From the IMG/VR virus record IMGVR_UViG_3300005663_000039: a stretch of 64,000 nucleotides of DNA. One strand, written 5' to 3'. Under the pieces are notes generated by a model that was not told where the DNA came from, searched no databases, and saw nothing but the letters and a program-made list of their open reading frames with translations. The translations under genes and the position numbers were made by a program. Each line of letters starts with the position of its first letter. Within the stretch, counting starts at the first letter, position 1. Of this stretch, positions 35,419 to 44,766 are shown in pieces. This stretch comes from an uncultured virus (IMG/VR IMGVR_UViG_3300005663_000039) (taxonomy: Duplodnaviria; Heunggongvirae; Uroviricota; Caudoviricetes).

Positions 35419-35861
35419 GAAAAGATCAGATCTCCTCTATCAACAAGGTGAGGACGATACCCGTAGATATTCACCAGAACGTTCGTGTCTAGCTCAATCT
35501 TGAATCTTAGATCCCGTCCAGTTACACCAAGACCTACTGCTACTACAGCAACTTCCTTAGTTGTCACAGGGAGAGTTACTACCTCTGGAGTTGAGAATGT
35601 CTCTCCACCGTCTCCACTTGCTGAGATGCTAATTGTCGTGGCCGGACCAGCATACCATATCTCAAGGACGGAAAGCTCGAACACCTTACCTTCATCCACC
35701 TGGTTCAGTGTTCCACTTTCCCATATCCCATCGAAGCTTGCCCCGTCTTGCTGTACTTGAGACTCATCAATACGCTGGACAAGATCGCCTGTGTCAGCGA
35801 AGAGGATAAACCTCTCAGCTGGTAGGTCAGCTTGACCAGGCGGAAGATAAGGTACAGGCAC
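35415..35861 (-). CDS. Tail nozzle C-terminal part (P22 gp10-like)
   Basis: SGDGGETFS...GRDLRFKIE pattern typical of gp10-like C-termini; TAGTG overlap with upstream gene. Confidence 0.6.
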   Translation of the reverse strand: MPVPYLPPGQADLPAERFILFADTGDLVQRIDESQVQQDGASFDGIWESGTLNQVDEGKVFELSVLEIWYAGPATTISISASGDGGETFSTPEVVTLPVTTKEVAVVAVGLGVTGRDLRFKIELDTNVLVNIYGYRPHLVDRGDLIFS

Positions 35862-37783
35862 TACTCGACCTCACTAATTCCAGCAGAAGCAAACCTAGCA
35901 ATAGCCATAGGCTTTCTTCTCCAGATCAAAGACCCGTCCCGAAGGAACTTATCTACATCGAAGATCCACACTCGAGTAATCGTCGCCGCTGCTCCTACAG
36001 GGTAGCCAAGATAGTACTCCGCGAACGTTGGATCATACCCTGAATCGACCAAGCTCAGGTCCCCTGTCAAGTTCTCGATCAAGTCTTGATGAATAGGTAG
36101 ACCAATCTCTCGGGGCCCTTGCTCTGTAAGGAAGTAAACCATGTCGTCGTGGCCAAGGAAGATTACTCCTCCTCTCACGTTCCGAATCGAGAAGGGACAG
36201 TTTGTCCCTAAGTCTTCGATCCAGTCTACCACACCTATTGCAATCTTTACATTTCCAGTCTCGAACGCTCTCATGATTGAGCGCTTCCGAAATACAGCCA
36301 TGAAGTTAGAACTCAAGACTGCCCCACCCTGAAGCGCGTCTATCGCATCACTTCTTGACGACACAAGAGGAAGAGACCCTGACCCGACCCCGTCGAAATC
36401 GTCTAAGATTCCATCTACCGAAAAAGCAAAGATCTGAGAATCTCCAGAATCGTGCAGGGCAATCAACCGACGAGCGAAGTAGAACAAGTAGCGTGCGCCA
36501 GGCCCAGGATCAATCGGGGTGAACGTAGTAATTGCCGCTCCCGTAGTCTGGTAAGTCACGCCTGCTGGATCGTCAAATTGAGTCGTTTTATTATGCCCGT
36601 GAATCTCAAAGTCTGCATTGGTACGAATCCAGGTGACGGAATTAATCCCTACACTAAAGAAGGTATCTCCAAGAATACAGCCTGCGCCGGTGACACTCTC
36701 CATATTAAGACCGAATCTCGTGTTGGCGACTGTTAAACCGGGAAGGGTAAGAGTAAGATCTCTAGAACCTGAGGGCCCTACTAACTGGATTTCTACGGTA
36801 GCCTTAAGAACAAACCCAGCTCCAATATCAGTATAGATTCCAACAGTAGCTGTACAATTATCTACTGCATCATTAGAGACAAAGATATTGAATTCATACT
36901 GATCATTGATAGCAGGTTGTAAGGCAGGAGTTTTGTCTCCAACTATATCTGGCTCTCCCCCTCCGCCCGCAGTCTGAATCGGGTCAATCTCAGTTGAGAT
37001 TCCACCCCCCTCAGCTGACTTCACTCTAATAGTAACTTCATCACCATCATCAACCAAACGAGTGAACTCAAACTCCTCATTCATGAAGGAGAACGGGAAA
37101 GTTTCAGTACGAGCAACAAAGAAGGCCTTCTCCCCAAGGATAGTAGCCAAATGCAAGAATTCCACTATAATATCAGTATCTTGAGTTGGGCTAGAGTTGA
37201 CTATCACGTCGTAGTTGATAGCATAATCAAGAATATCAGCGCTTGCGGGAGAGACCGTAGCAACGGTAGTCTCTCCTCTATTCTCCAGTTTATTACTATC
37301 CAGGAAGTCATCTTCCTGGTCAGTCTTCTCCAGCTCCTCTCCCCACTCAAGAATCTGAGAACCCTCAGCGATGTACAGAGCGCCCAAGGCTGATACCATT
37401 GACAGGTACACATCGTTGATCGTGACTAACGATGTATCTGTCACAACCCAGTTCGCCCCATCCCAGGCATCAAGAACGGCGAATCCTCCGATGTTCCTAG
37501 TCACTCGAATAAGACGATGGAAGGTCAGTTGACCGTCGATGAACTTGTGCTCGATCAGACCAAGGATAGTGCTCGGGGCAGCTGTACCGACAGACTGCCA
37601 ACCGAAGTCCTTCCGGACGGCGCCTCGCTCGAAGCGGACGTCATCAAGAGACGGACTCTCCCCTGGCTTAAGAAGACGTGGAGAGATGTCTCCCCTAAAC
37701 CCTCCATCCATCCCCATGAACACAGGGCGGACGGAATCTTCCCCAGGAGGGAGAGGCTCTAGATTCTTGAATTTGTTGGCCAT
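35861..37783 (-). CDS. Tail nozzle / DNA stabilisation protein (N-terminal part with insertion)
   Basis: Propeller-like repeats (MAVFRKRSI, LGTNCPFSI, VIFLGHDDMVY, IGLPI). Confidence 0.7.
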   Translation of the reverse strand: MANKFKNLEPLPPGEDSVRPVFMGMDGGFRGDISPRLLKPGESPSLDDVRFERGAVRKDFGWQSVGTAAPSTILGLIEHKFIDGQLTFHRLIRVTRNIGGFAVLDAWDGANWVVTDTSLVTINDVYLSMVSALGALYIAEGSQILEWGEELEKTDQEDDFLDSNKLENRGETTVATVSPASADILDYAINYDVIVNSSPTQDTDIIVEFLHLATILGEKAFFVARTETFPFSFMNEEFEFTRLVDDGDEVTIRVKSAEGGGISTEIDPIQTAGGGGEPDIVGDKTPALQPAINDQYEFNIFVSNDAVDNCTATVGIYTDIGAGFVLKATVEIQLVGPSGSRDLTLTLPGLTVANTRFGLNMESVTGAGCILGDTFFSVGINSVTWIRTNADFEIHGHNKTTQFDDPAGVTYQTTGAAITTFTPIDPGPGARYLFYFARRLIALHDSGDSQIFAFSVDGILDDFDGVGSGSLPLVSSRSDAIDALQGGAVLSSNFMAVFRKRSIMRAFETGNVKIAIGVVDWIEDLGTNCPFSIRNVRGGVIFLGHDDMVYFLTEQGPREIGLPIHQDLIENLTGDLSLVDSGYDPTFAEYYLGYPVGAAATITRVWIFDVDKFLRDGSLIWRRKPMAIARFASAGISEVE

Positions 37784-37785
37784 TT

Positions 37786-38079
37786 CTACGTAGTGACTAG
37801 AGAACTCCCGTGAACAGGGAAGACCCGCTCGGCTCCCTCAGCTAGAGTGCTCACCAGCCGCATCTTGTGAGCGTGGATAGTGCTGTAGGTTACCCTAACG
37901 TTGATCGCAGGTGCCCCAGCATAAGGATACCACGTTGTTCCACCATCAGGGCTAACCTCAGTCGAGATAACCCCGGTCAGAGCAGCCGGCCCGTAGATCG
38001 TCAGCTCGTCGATCTCCGCAACGTCGATTGAAACACCGTTTGTCTGCCCGTTTAGAATTTTTAGATCTGGCAACCTCAT
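37786..38079 (-). CDS. Small beta-rich hypothetical virion protein
   Basis: EVSPDGGTTWY motif; GGAGG RBS. Confidence 0.6.
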   Translation of the reverse strand: MRLPDLKILNGQTNGVSIDVAEIDELTIYGPAALTGVISTEVSPDGGTTWYPYAGAPAINVRVTYSTIHAHKMRLVSTLAEGAERVFPVHGSSLVTT

Positions 38080-38114
38080 CCTATCCTCCCTTGTTCAATG
38101 AATGAACACCTTGA

Positions 38115-38501
38115 TTATGGTCTAAGCACCCCAAGTTCGTCGCAAACGTCGATCATGTCAAGCATGACTAAAGTATCAACCCCTGTCCGTAGACAGGTGA
38201 GTTTAGCCTGAGCCTCCACCATCTGAGTCCGTCTATCTCTAGACTCCTCTTTCTCTTCTTCGTTTTCGATATAGACTTCTTGAAAGCCCTCGAAGTTATC
38301 AACATGGTCGTCGAAGCTGTCAACGTGAACATCGAACTCCTCAATATGGTCAGCAGGAGTATCCAGCTCGAAACCAAAAGCAAGGAACCCTCCACCGATT
38401 ATACCTACAAGAACAACAGCACCGATGACTCCTTGCACCGTGACTTTCAAAGCGTGCCTTCCATTGTTCTTATCCTTGAGTAGCGCCGCCACTCTTCTCA
38501 T
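38115..38501 (-). CDS. Membrane-anchored coiled-coil protein next to endolysin (possible lysis accessory)
   Basis: One TM segment, acidic coiled coil, two C-terminal Cys. Confidence 0.55.
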   Translation of the reverse strand: MRRVAALLKDKNNGRHALKVTVQGVIGAVVLVGIIGGGFLAFGFELDTPADHIEEFDVHVDSFDDHVDNFEGFQEVYIENEEEKEESRDRRTQMVEAQAKLTCLRTGVDTLVMLDMIDVCDELGVLRP

Positions 38502-38505
38502 CCTT

Positions 38506-38952
38506 TCAGGGAAGTCTCATTGTCCACAGATGATCAGACGACTTTTTCCTGCTTGCATCTAGATGCACACCACCACCATCCTTCTTCTTCAAGCCCTTAT
38601 ACAACCCAGACGAGCCAGGATAGACCCCAACTCGAGTAAACCCAACGGCGTATCCTGCACGAACGATTCGAGACCGCTCTCGGCTATTTATCGTCTGGAG
38701 ATCCGCAGCGATGCCAGGGATCTCTCCATGAGCAGATCGACTATCGTCTCGGAGAGTATCGAGGACCCGGAAAGGAACGCCTGCCATGATCCTTGCTTTG
38801 TGAAACAGAATCAAGAAGCCGACATCCATATTCTCCGGGTCCTCGAACTCCTCAGGTTTGAACTCAGGATATATTTGTCTCCAAATAGGATGATCCAACT
38901 TGGCGAACTCAGGTTCGATGTTGTCTAGCGGTCCATCGGTAAGAAGAGGCAT
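38506..38952 (-). CDS. Endolysin, peptidase M15 family
   Basis: FKPEEF, R...SAH...AAD, GFTRVGVY, GVHLD zinc-ligand motifs. Confidence 0.8.
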   Translation of the reverse strand: MPLLTDGPLDNIEPEFAKLDHPIWRQIYPEFKPEEFEDPENMDVGFLILFHKARIMAGVPFRVLDTLRDDSRSAHGEIPGIAADLQTINSRERSRIVRAGYAVGFTRVGVYPGSSGLYKGLKKKDGGGVHLDASRKKSSDHLWTMRLP

Positions 38953-38954
38953 AG

Positions 38955-39512
38955 TCAGTTCGGTTTGTCTGAGGATACTCTTGGCTTCCTCGGTCTGCTC
39001 TTACTCATTCTTCCCTTAGGGGCCCCTTTACCCTTCTTGGGCCCAGGCTTCTTCTTCAGCTTCGTATCCGCTGAATCCACAAAGAGAGGGCCAAGACTGT
39101 CCAGCTCGTCAGCGCTGACACTGAAGCCTTTAGGGTGCCGCTCGTCTTCAATGTCGTCTGAAGTGATAAACTCAACAAAGTCTACCTCAGTGTTGACGAG
39201 ATCTAAGAAGGCCTCCTCGAAAGCCTTCTTATCCTTGAAGACCACGTTCTGAACGAACTCGCCGTCCTCGCCCTTCACCTTCTTTCCCTTCTCCAGCCGA
39301 AACACGAGCTTCCGTTTCCCGTTCTTATCCTTCTGCGCGTGCTCATCTAGACACTCTTGACGAATAGCCTCTTGATCTTCAAGAGCTGTAGTGATAGCCC
39401 TTCGTATCCGCCTCAACTTCAGTGCCAAGAAAGGAGCAGGATGTGCTTGACAGAGACCTGCAATCCCTAGGGCCGTCTGAGGGATACGGCCGTTCTTGAT
39501 CTTAGGCATCAA
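38955..39512 (-). CDS. Hypothetical protein (DUF1617-like, basic tail)
   Basis: LALKLRRIRRAI...RQECLDEHAQKDKNG pattern; downstream of tail fibre. Confidence 0.5.
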   Translation of the reverse strand: MMPKIKNGRIPQTALGIAGLCQAHPAPFLALKLRRIRRAITTALEDQEAIRQECLDEHAQKDKNGKRKLVFRLEKGKKVKGEDGEFVQNVVFKDKKAFEEAFLDLVNTEVDFVEFITSDDIEDERHPKGFSVSADELDSLGPLFVDSADTKLKKKPGPKKGKGAPKGRMSKSRPRKPRVSSDKPN

Positions 39513-39855
39513 CTGCCTCCTCAGGATCAGGCTGCCTGGCGATAATCCTTTCCTGAATAGCGCCTAGATCATCCTCCAACCACTCAGCGACGTCAGACTG
39601 AGACATCTCGTACCACTTCTTATCAGCTGGACGACCGTTGGTCTCAGACAGCTCCTGAAGGTCGATCAGCTCATCACCTGAGATGTCGATATGGAAGGGC
39701 CTCATAAACTCTGCAGGCCTGAAGCCACCTACAAGGTCTCTGCCATAAACACCAGAGATACCAAACCGTCGCCCGTCCCGGATCTCCTCCACAACTGCGA
39801 CATGAGTCATTCCATCTACCGAGGCAGGCAAAGCGAAAATGTAAAGCGTGTCCAT
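39502..39855 (-). CDS. Hypothetical protein
   Basis: 117 aa with AGGAG RBS. Confidence 0.6.
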   Translation of the reverse strand: MDTLYIFALPASVDGMTHVAVVEEIRDGRRFGISGVYGRDLVGGFRPAEFMRPFHIDISGDELIDLQELSETNGRPADKKWYEMSQSDVAEWLEDDLGAIQERIIARQPDPEEAVDA

Positions 39856-39890
39856 TCTTTGTTTCTCCTTTGAAAACCAAAGACTCTATA

Positions 39891-41540
39891 CTATGCAGCC
39901 TTATCCAGTTTCAGGTCTTCCACCTTTACTTTGAGTTCGTTGATCGCCGCGACGAGGAGCGGGATCACGTCGGTATAGCTTAGGTTGAGTATACCATCCT
40001 CGCCTTCGGTCACAGCCTCCGGGAGCACCTTCTGGACGTCTTGCGCGATGAGGAATGAACGCCGGCGGCTGATGTCGTCGTCCTTGAAGCGCCCAATCAC
40101 AGACCGGAGTCGATTAACACCTGCAAGCGCGTCTGAGATCGGCTCAATGATAGTCTTAATGCGTTCGTCGGAGACGGACGCCCACGACGTAGCGCCCGAG
40201 GTGAGCTTGACGCCGCCGGAGCCGCCGGAAACGCACTGGAGTACGTCGCCAGCTTGCTCGAAAATGTAGGTGTTGCCGCCGCCGTCGAGGTAGAGTTTCC
40301 CCGTGGGTGTCAGATAGACATCTCTGCCGGTAAAATACGCGGTCGGCGTCCCGCCCGCGACAATCAAGATGCGGTTGGTCGTGTCCTCATGGATGTACGA
40401 GTCGCCGCCACCGTCGAGGTAGAGCTTCTTCGTGGCCGCGATCTTCACGTCGATGCCGCCCCCAAAAATCGCCTCGGTGGGCTTCCACGCCATCACCGCG
40501 GTTCCGTCAGCGACCACGTTGATCTGGTTGTCGGCGACCTCCTGGAAATACGTGTTGTCCCCGCCATCGAGGTAGAGCCTTTTGGAGGCCGCGAGGGTGA
40601 GGTTGTTGATGCTTACATTCCCGTCTTTGTCCCAACTGAACTCTGTAACAGCCGAGATTTGAACGAGGTCTTCGGTCGGCGGGGTACTGAGCGTGTTTCG
40701 GGTTCTTGTAATCCGAATCAAGTACTCACCGCCAGTACCCACAACCCAGCCAGGAATGTCTGAGTCTTCCCAAGCGATCACGCCGGAGTCTCGCATCCCA
40801 GCCGTACCATCTGTAGGCGAGAACGAGGCCCAGGTGCCTACACCAGTAGAAAACTCGAACACAGGCGCGATACCAGCACCACTTGCCACGATTGCCAGTA
40901 GAAACTCAAGCTCTTGGAACTTCGCGGCGTCGCCGATCGTCACGGTGTCATTATCCGCCACGAACATCTGGATGTCGCTACCAGTCGACGTAAATTCCGC
41001 GAGGCGATCCACTGCGTTGACCAGTGCTGAGTCCATATTGCCGAACACACCAGACTGGTGCTTGATTGGTGCGACGCCGACGCCTGCCCCTATAGCATGC
41101 ACAGCTGCAGAGCCTGCAGTAGAGAGCATCTCGAAGCCCGTAATGTCGCCGCCTGCAGCAAGGCTCTCGTCTACGCTGAGAAGAATAACGGCCTCGTCCT
41201 CACCAGTAGAGATGGCTCCAGTCTTATAAGCTATGTGGAAAGCGTTGACGTCTCCAAACCCAGCCACGTCGACATTGAGTTCTACTGCATGAATGTCGTT
41301 CGCGTCGGCGGTATAATTTAGCTCGAGCGTTCCGCCAGACATAGCGAGTCTGCCTGCGGAATGCGTGAGGGTAATGTCAGCGGCGTCCCAGTCGATAACT
41401 GCCCCGGACTCGAAGAATAGACCTATAAGTGTCCCTAGGTTCTCCAAGCTCGAATTTACTACATTCGCAGCAAGAGTGGCCCCTGTCAACGCTCCCGCGT
41501 CGAAGGAGACACCAAACTGTTGGGCAAAACCTTGGCTCAT
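39891..41540 (-). CDS. Tail fibre with C-terminal intramolecular chaperone (peptidase S74)
   Basis: SDERIKT.I, IAQDVQKVLPEAV, LSYTDVIPLLVAAINEL; three KLYLDGG repeats. Confidence 0.88.
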   Translation of the reverse strand: MSQGFAQQFGVSFDAGALTGATLAANVVNSSLENLGTLIGLFFESGAVIDWDAADITLTHSAGRLAMSGGTLELNYTADANDIHAVELNVDVAGFGDVNAFHIAYKTGAISTGEDEAVILLSVDESLAAGGDITGFEMLSTAGSAAVHAIGAGVGVAPIKHQSGVFGNMDSALVNAVDRLAEFTSTGSDIQMFVADNDTVTIGDAAKFQELEFLLAIVASGAGIAPVFEFSTGVGTWASFSPTDGTAGMRDSGVIAWEDSDIPGWVVGTGGEYLIRITRTRNTLSTPPTEDLVQISAVTEFSWDKDGNVSINNLTLAASKRLYLDGGDNTYFQEVADNQINVVADGTAVMAWKPTEAIFGGGIDVKIAATKKLYLDGGGDSYIHEDTTNRILIVAGGTPTAYFTGRDVYLTPTGKLYLDGGGNTYIFEQAGDVLQCVSGGSGGVKLTSGATSWASVSDERIKTIIEPISDALAGVNRLRSVIGRFKDDDISRRRSFLIAQDVQKVLPEAVTEGEDGILNLSYTDVIPLLVAAINELKVKVEDLKLDKAA

Positions 41541-41549
41541 CTATCTTCC

Positions 41550-41879
41550 CTAAGTTAACTCAACACCGGACAGACCAAACGACAACGTGGCAAGGGTTGC
41601 ATAGACTCTTATAACATCTGCAGGACCTAGTGTAATCCCTAAGGTCGCTGCGAAGGTATCATTACCTGGAATCGGGATGTCGTAGTAAGTATACTGTTTC
41701 GGGTCATCAGCAGCACCTGCAACAGCTATGCTCATACGAAAGGCTGTAGCTACAGCACTTCGATTAGCCACAGTAAAAGTGCTTATAACTGCCTCTGCCC
41801 CTCCAGGTACAGTATACAAAGCCGTGAGTGCTGCAGCCCCAGGGTTTAACTGCCCTAAAACCTTCCTCTCTTCCGGCAC
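41550..41879 (-). CDS. Conserved tail-fibre-associated protein
   Basis: KVLGQ..P.A...TALYTVP...ANRS...YYD..IPGNDT...GITLG. Confidence 0.65.
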   Translation of the reverse strand: MPEERKVLGQLNPGAAALTALYTVPGGAEAVISTFTVANRSAVATAFRMSIAVAGAADDPKQYTYYDIPIPGNDTFAATLGITLGPADVIRVYATLATLSFGLSGVELT

Positions 41880-43145
41880 TTAAGCCCCCATCATGAGAAA
41901 GTGAATACCCGCTTGATACTCAATAATTCCTGAGATCAGACCCGAGAATGTTCCATCAACGGCAGAGAAGTCTCCATCGACAACAAAGTCATCATCCGTC
42001 TTTAGGACATCTACAGAGACACGATAGAGATTCACATCTGACCATGCAAGCGTTTGACCGTCTGCGATAGTGAGACCGCCAGCTAATGTCAAGCCTCCAC
42101 CAGGAGCCAGTGTTGCAGCTAACGCGTTGTTCACGTAAAACAACATGTCGGTGTTCTCGTAATTCAGTAGTATCGCCTTTTCACTGGCAGTGATGCCCAC
42201 CTGAAAACCGGCAGCACCAGTGCCAGTCGTAGCGTTTTGGAATGTCAAATCCACTGAACCACTTGTTGCTGTATCTGTCAGCAACAACCATTCATCCGGA
42301 TCATCAATAGTGACGACACTAGAGAACGTCGCGGCACCGGTGACGTGGAATGTCCCGCTAACTTCGAGTTTATAGCTGGGGGCGGTTTCACCAATTCCTA
42401 CGTTGCCGCCCTGTAAATTAAGGACATAAGGACCACTCGAATCACCTAAATGCAAATCACTCTGTTCAGCACGTAGAGCTATATCTGTATTCCCACTTGA
42501 GTCATCTCCGACGTAACCAGTTCTGGACCAAGCCGCCGCTGTTGTTCCTCCAAATTCAACATATGCAGCAGTTTGCGTTTCAGTGTCACCTGTAGCCCTG
42601 AGTCTTAATATGGGAGAAACTACCCTTATTTCCATCACCCTGGCGGGGTCGTTTGTTCCTATTCCTACCGTCGTGAATGCGCTCGTGCCCGTAACATCCA
42701 GATTGCCCTCGACTACGAAAGCGTCATCAGTCTTGAGTACATTCGCAGAGACACGGTAGAGATTTACATCGGCACCGAACTGAAGCTGGCCTGAGACTAT
42801 CCGAAAGTCATCGCCGCTAGCAAGATCTAACCGACCTGCAGCGCCGCGAGAGAGTGCTATGTCCGACCACGAGAGCGACTGACCGTCCGCTATTACAACC
42901 CCTGACGTAAAGGTCTGTAGTAGAGCAAAGGTGTTAACCTCATCCTCATATGCAATCTCAGCCGGCAGTTGATTCCTGTCATCTATGATTCCACTGATGT
43001 CCCCAAAGTCAATGTCTAGATCGCTGACAGCAGGGCTACCAAACTGCCACCCGTCCTCTCCACGGATGAGAGTCTCCCCCTCTGCGGGGATAGCCCCTGA
43101 TGCAGCGGCCCGGAGGACCTCTTCAGCGTCGAAGCGAGAGGTCAC
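41880..43145 (-). CDS. Tail fibre protein
   Basis: GNVGIG/VGIGTNDP repeats; duplicated DVNLYRVS..VLKTDD segments. Confidence 0.8.
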   Translation of the reverse strand: MTSRFDAEEVLRAAASGAIPAEGETLIRGEDGWQFGSPAVSDLDIDFGDISGIIDDRNQLPAEIAYEDEVNTFALLQTFTSGVVIADGQSLSWSDIALSRGAAGRLDLASGDDFRIVSGQLQFGADVNLYRVSANVLKTDDAFVVEGNLDVTGTSAFTTVGIGTNDPARVMEIRVVSPILRLRATGDTETQTAAYVEFGGTTAAAWSRTGYVGDDSSGNTDIALRAEQSDLHLGDSSGPYVLNLQGGNVGIGETAPSYKLEVSGTFHVTGAATFSSVVTIDDPDEWLLLTDTATSGSVDLTFQNATTGTGAAGFQVGITASEKAILLNYENTDMLFYVNNALAATLAPGGGLTLAGGLTIADGQTLAWSDVNLYRVSVDVLKTDDDFVVDGDFSAVDGTFSGLISGIIEYQAGIHFLMMGA

Positions 43146-43822
43146 AGTAGAATCCTTCCTGAGAAGTTCTCATCCAAGCCCTCTCTTGCATCTCTCTGAA
43201 GGTCTCTAAACGTCCGAGCAATCTGGATACCTTCCTGAGGGGTCTGAGCCTCAAGCCAGTCTTCAGTCGGAAGCTTCCCCAACTTATTCTGAGCAATCTG
43301 GTAAATGAAAGTCGCTCTCTCATCTACCTGTAGATCAATCAGAGCATTCCTCAGACCGATTAGATGTATCACCCTATCGTACATTGCAGGCAGCTCTGTC
43401 ACATCAGACCCTGCTGATAGAGGAGTAGGCTCCTTCACGTAGAACATCTGAATCGTCTCGATCACTTTCGGTAGAGGGTGAACACTCAGCAAGTCTCCTA
43501 CTCGAGTGTACCGAGAGGGACTCCCTTCCGCGGTCGCGCTCAACAACTGAAAGTTCTCCAGCGAAGTTTTGATAACCCTCTTCTTACTCGTAAGGTTCTT
43601 CAACACTAGGAGAGCAACGAAGTCAGTCGGGAGATTAAGCTCTCTCTCACCAACTACAGTAGGCGCAGTCCCACAAGACCGCTGTCCATTTATCTCTAGC
43701 TCCGCAAAGAGCTCAACATGAGCATCGTTGATCCAGCGGTCCAGCCTCTCGTTGCCTTGTCTCTTCTCGCCGAGAGCATGATTAACGCTCTCCCGAAAGC
43801 CGCTAAGCGTCTCAAGTCCCAT
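43142..43822 (-). CDS. Tail adaptor protein (paralogue 2)
   Basis: WINDAH, TVVG...LPTDF, GSPSRY, VHPLP, ELPAMYD. Confidence 0.75.
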   Translation of the reverse strand: MGLETLSGFRESVNHALGEKRQGNERLDRWINDAHVELFAELEINGQRSCGTAPTVVGERELNLPTDFVALLVLKNLTSKKRVIKTSLENFQLLSATAEGSPSRYTRVGDLLSVHPLPKVIETIQMFYVKEPTPLSAGSDVTELPAMYDRVIHLIGLRNALIDLQVDERATFIYQIAQNKLGKLPTEDWLEAQTPQEGIQIARTFRDLQRDAREGLDENFSGRILL

Positions 43823-44463
43823 TAGTTGGCCCCTGCTGGTCGAGTCACTGTAGGCTGGGTCTGCGTCAGTCCTGCAAGAAGGAAGGAAAAGTCCTGTCCA
43901 GTCAACCTACTACTCAAGTAGTTCACTGCTCTGTTAGCCCAGATAATTCCTCTTTGATCTTCCCCTACAGCGAGAAAGCCATACGCCGCACCTAGGAGAA
44001 TCAACCCGTTATCGACAAACGGAGGCAGAACAGTCACATCACCGTCCGCTGCCAGAGCCGCCACCGTGATCTTGAAATATGCTACGAGGGCGTAGATTGC
44101 ATCTGGGTTCGGCCAGACCAGTATCTCCGTTGCTCTCCTAGTCCAGCGTCGAGGCGCGTCACTTGAAGCACTTCGATCCAACCTAAAGTACTCAGTCTCC
44201 GGTACCCAGGTCAGAAGATTATCGTTATCGTCGTCACGTACCATCTGTACGATCAGAGGATTTACTGGGCCTGTATAGTTGTGCTGGTCAACAACGGTCG
44301 GAATGTCCAACTCGCCGTCCAGCTCCGTGAAGTCGATTCCACTCGCAATGTCAGTATAAGCCAAGTTGAGCCAAAGGTCTCGACGATCACCGTCTACATT
44401 CGCTCTATCCCCCATAGTAGACGCTAGCTCAGTGCGCATCTGTAACAGTGTCAGAATACCCAT
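43822..44463 (-). CDS. Tail adaptor protein (paralogue 1)
   Basis: WLNLAY, TVVD..NY, APRRW, VWPNPD, VLPPFVD. Confidence 0.75.
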   Translation of the reverse strand: MGILTLLQMRTELASTMGDRANVDGDRRDLWLNLAYTDIASGIDFTELDGELDIPTVVDQHNYTGPVNPLIVQMVRDDDNDNLLTWVPETEYFRLDRSASSDAPRRWTRRATEILVWPNPDAIYALVAYFKITVAALAADGDVTVLPPFVDNGLILLGAAYGFLAVGEDQRGIIWANRAVNYLSSRLTGQDFSFLLAGLTQTQPTVTRPAGAN

Positions 44464-44732
44464 CAGCCTTTCACTCGTACGAGGTCTATGTCAACTCCGC
44501 CACCGTTCTGTCTCGCCCCTGTCTCTTGATGCTCAATGAGAACGTGCTCCGCTTCAACAGGGAAGGGGAAGAGGCCGTCCTCAGCGATGGACAGCTCTTC
44601 TCCTTGAGGCTTGAAGAAGGCCATCAGCCTATCTCCATCCTCCATGCCCGAGACTCTCAGCCTGTTTCCTCTTCGGAGACAGATCCAGCCTGTTAGTCCC
44701 ATGCTACTACTATGAAGCAAAACGGCAGTCAT
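44463..44732 (-). CDS. Hypothetical protein
   Basis: Likely start MTAVLLHSS at 44732. Confidence 0.5.
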   Translation of the reverse strand: MTAVLLHSSSMGLTGWICLRRGNRLRVSGMEDGDRLMAFFKPQGEELSIAEDGLFPFPVEAEHVLIEHQETGARQNGGGVDIDLVRVKG

Positions 44733-44766
44733 CGATCTACCTTGTTCAACGAATGAACACCTACAA

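Noticed and set aside
39891..43145. Diversity-generating retroelement targeting tail fibres
   Set aside because: No reverse transcriptase and no TR/VR pair with adenine-specific differences seen
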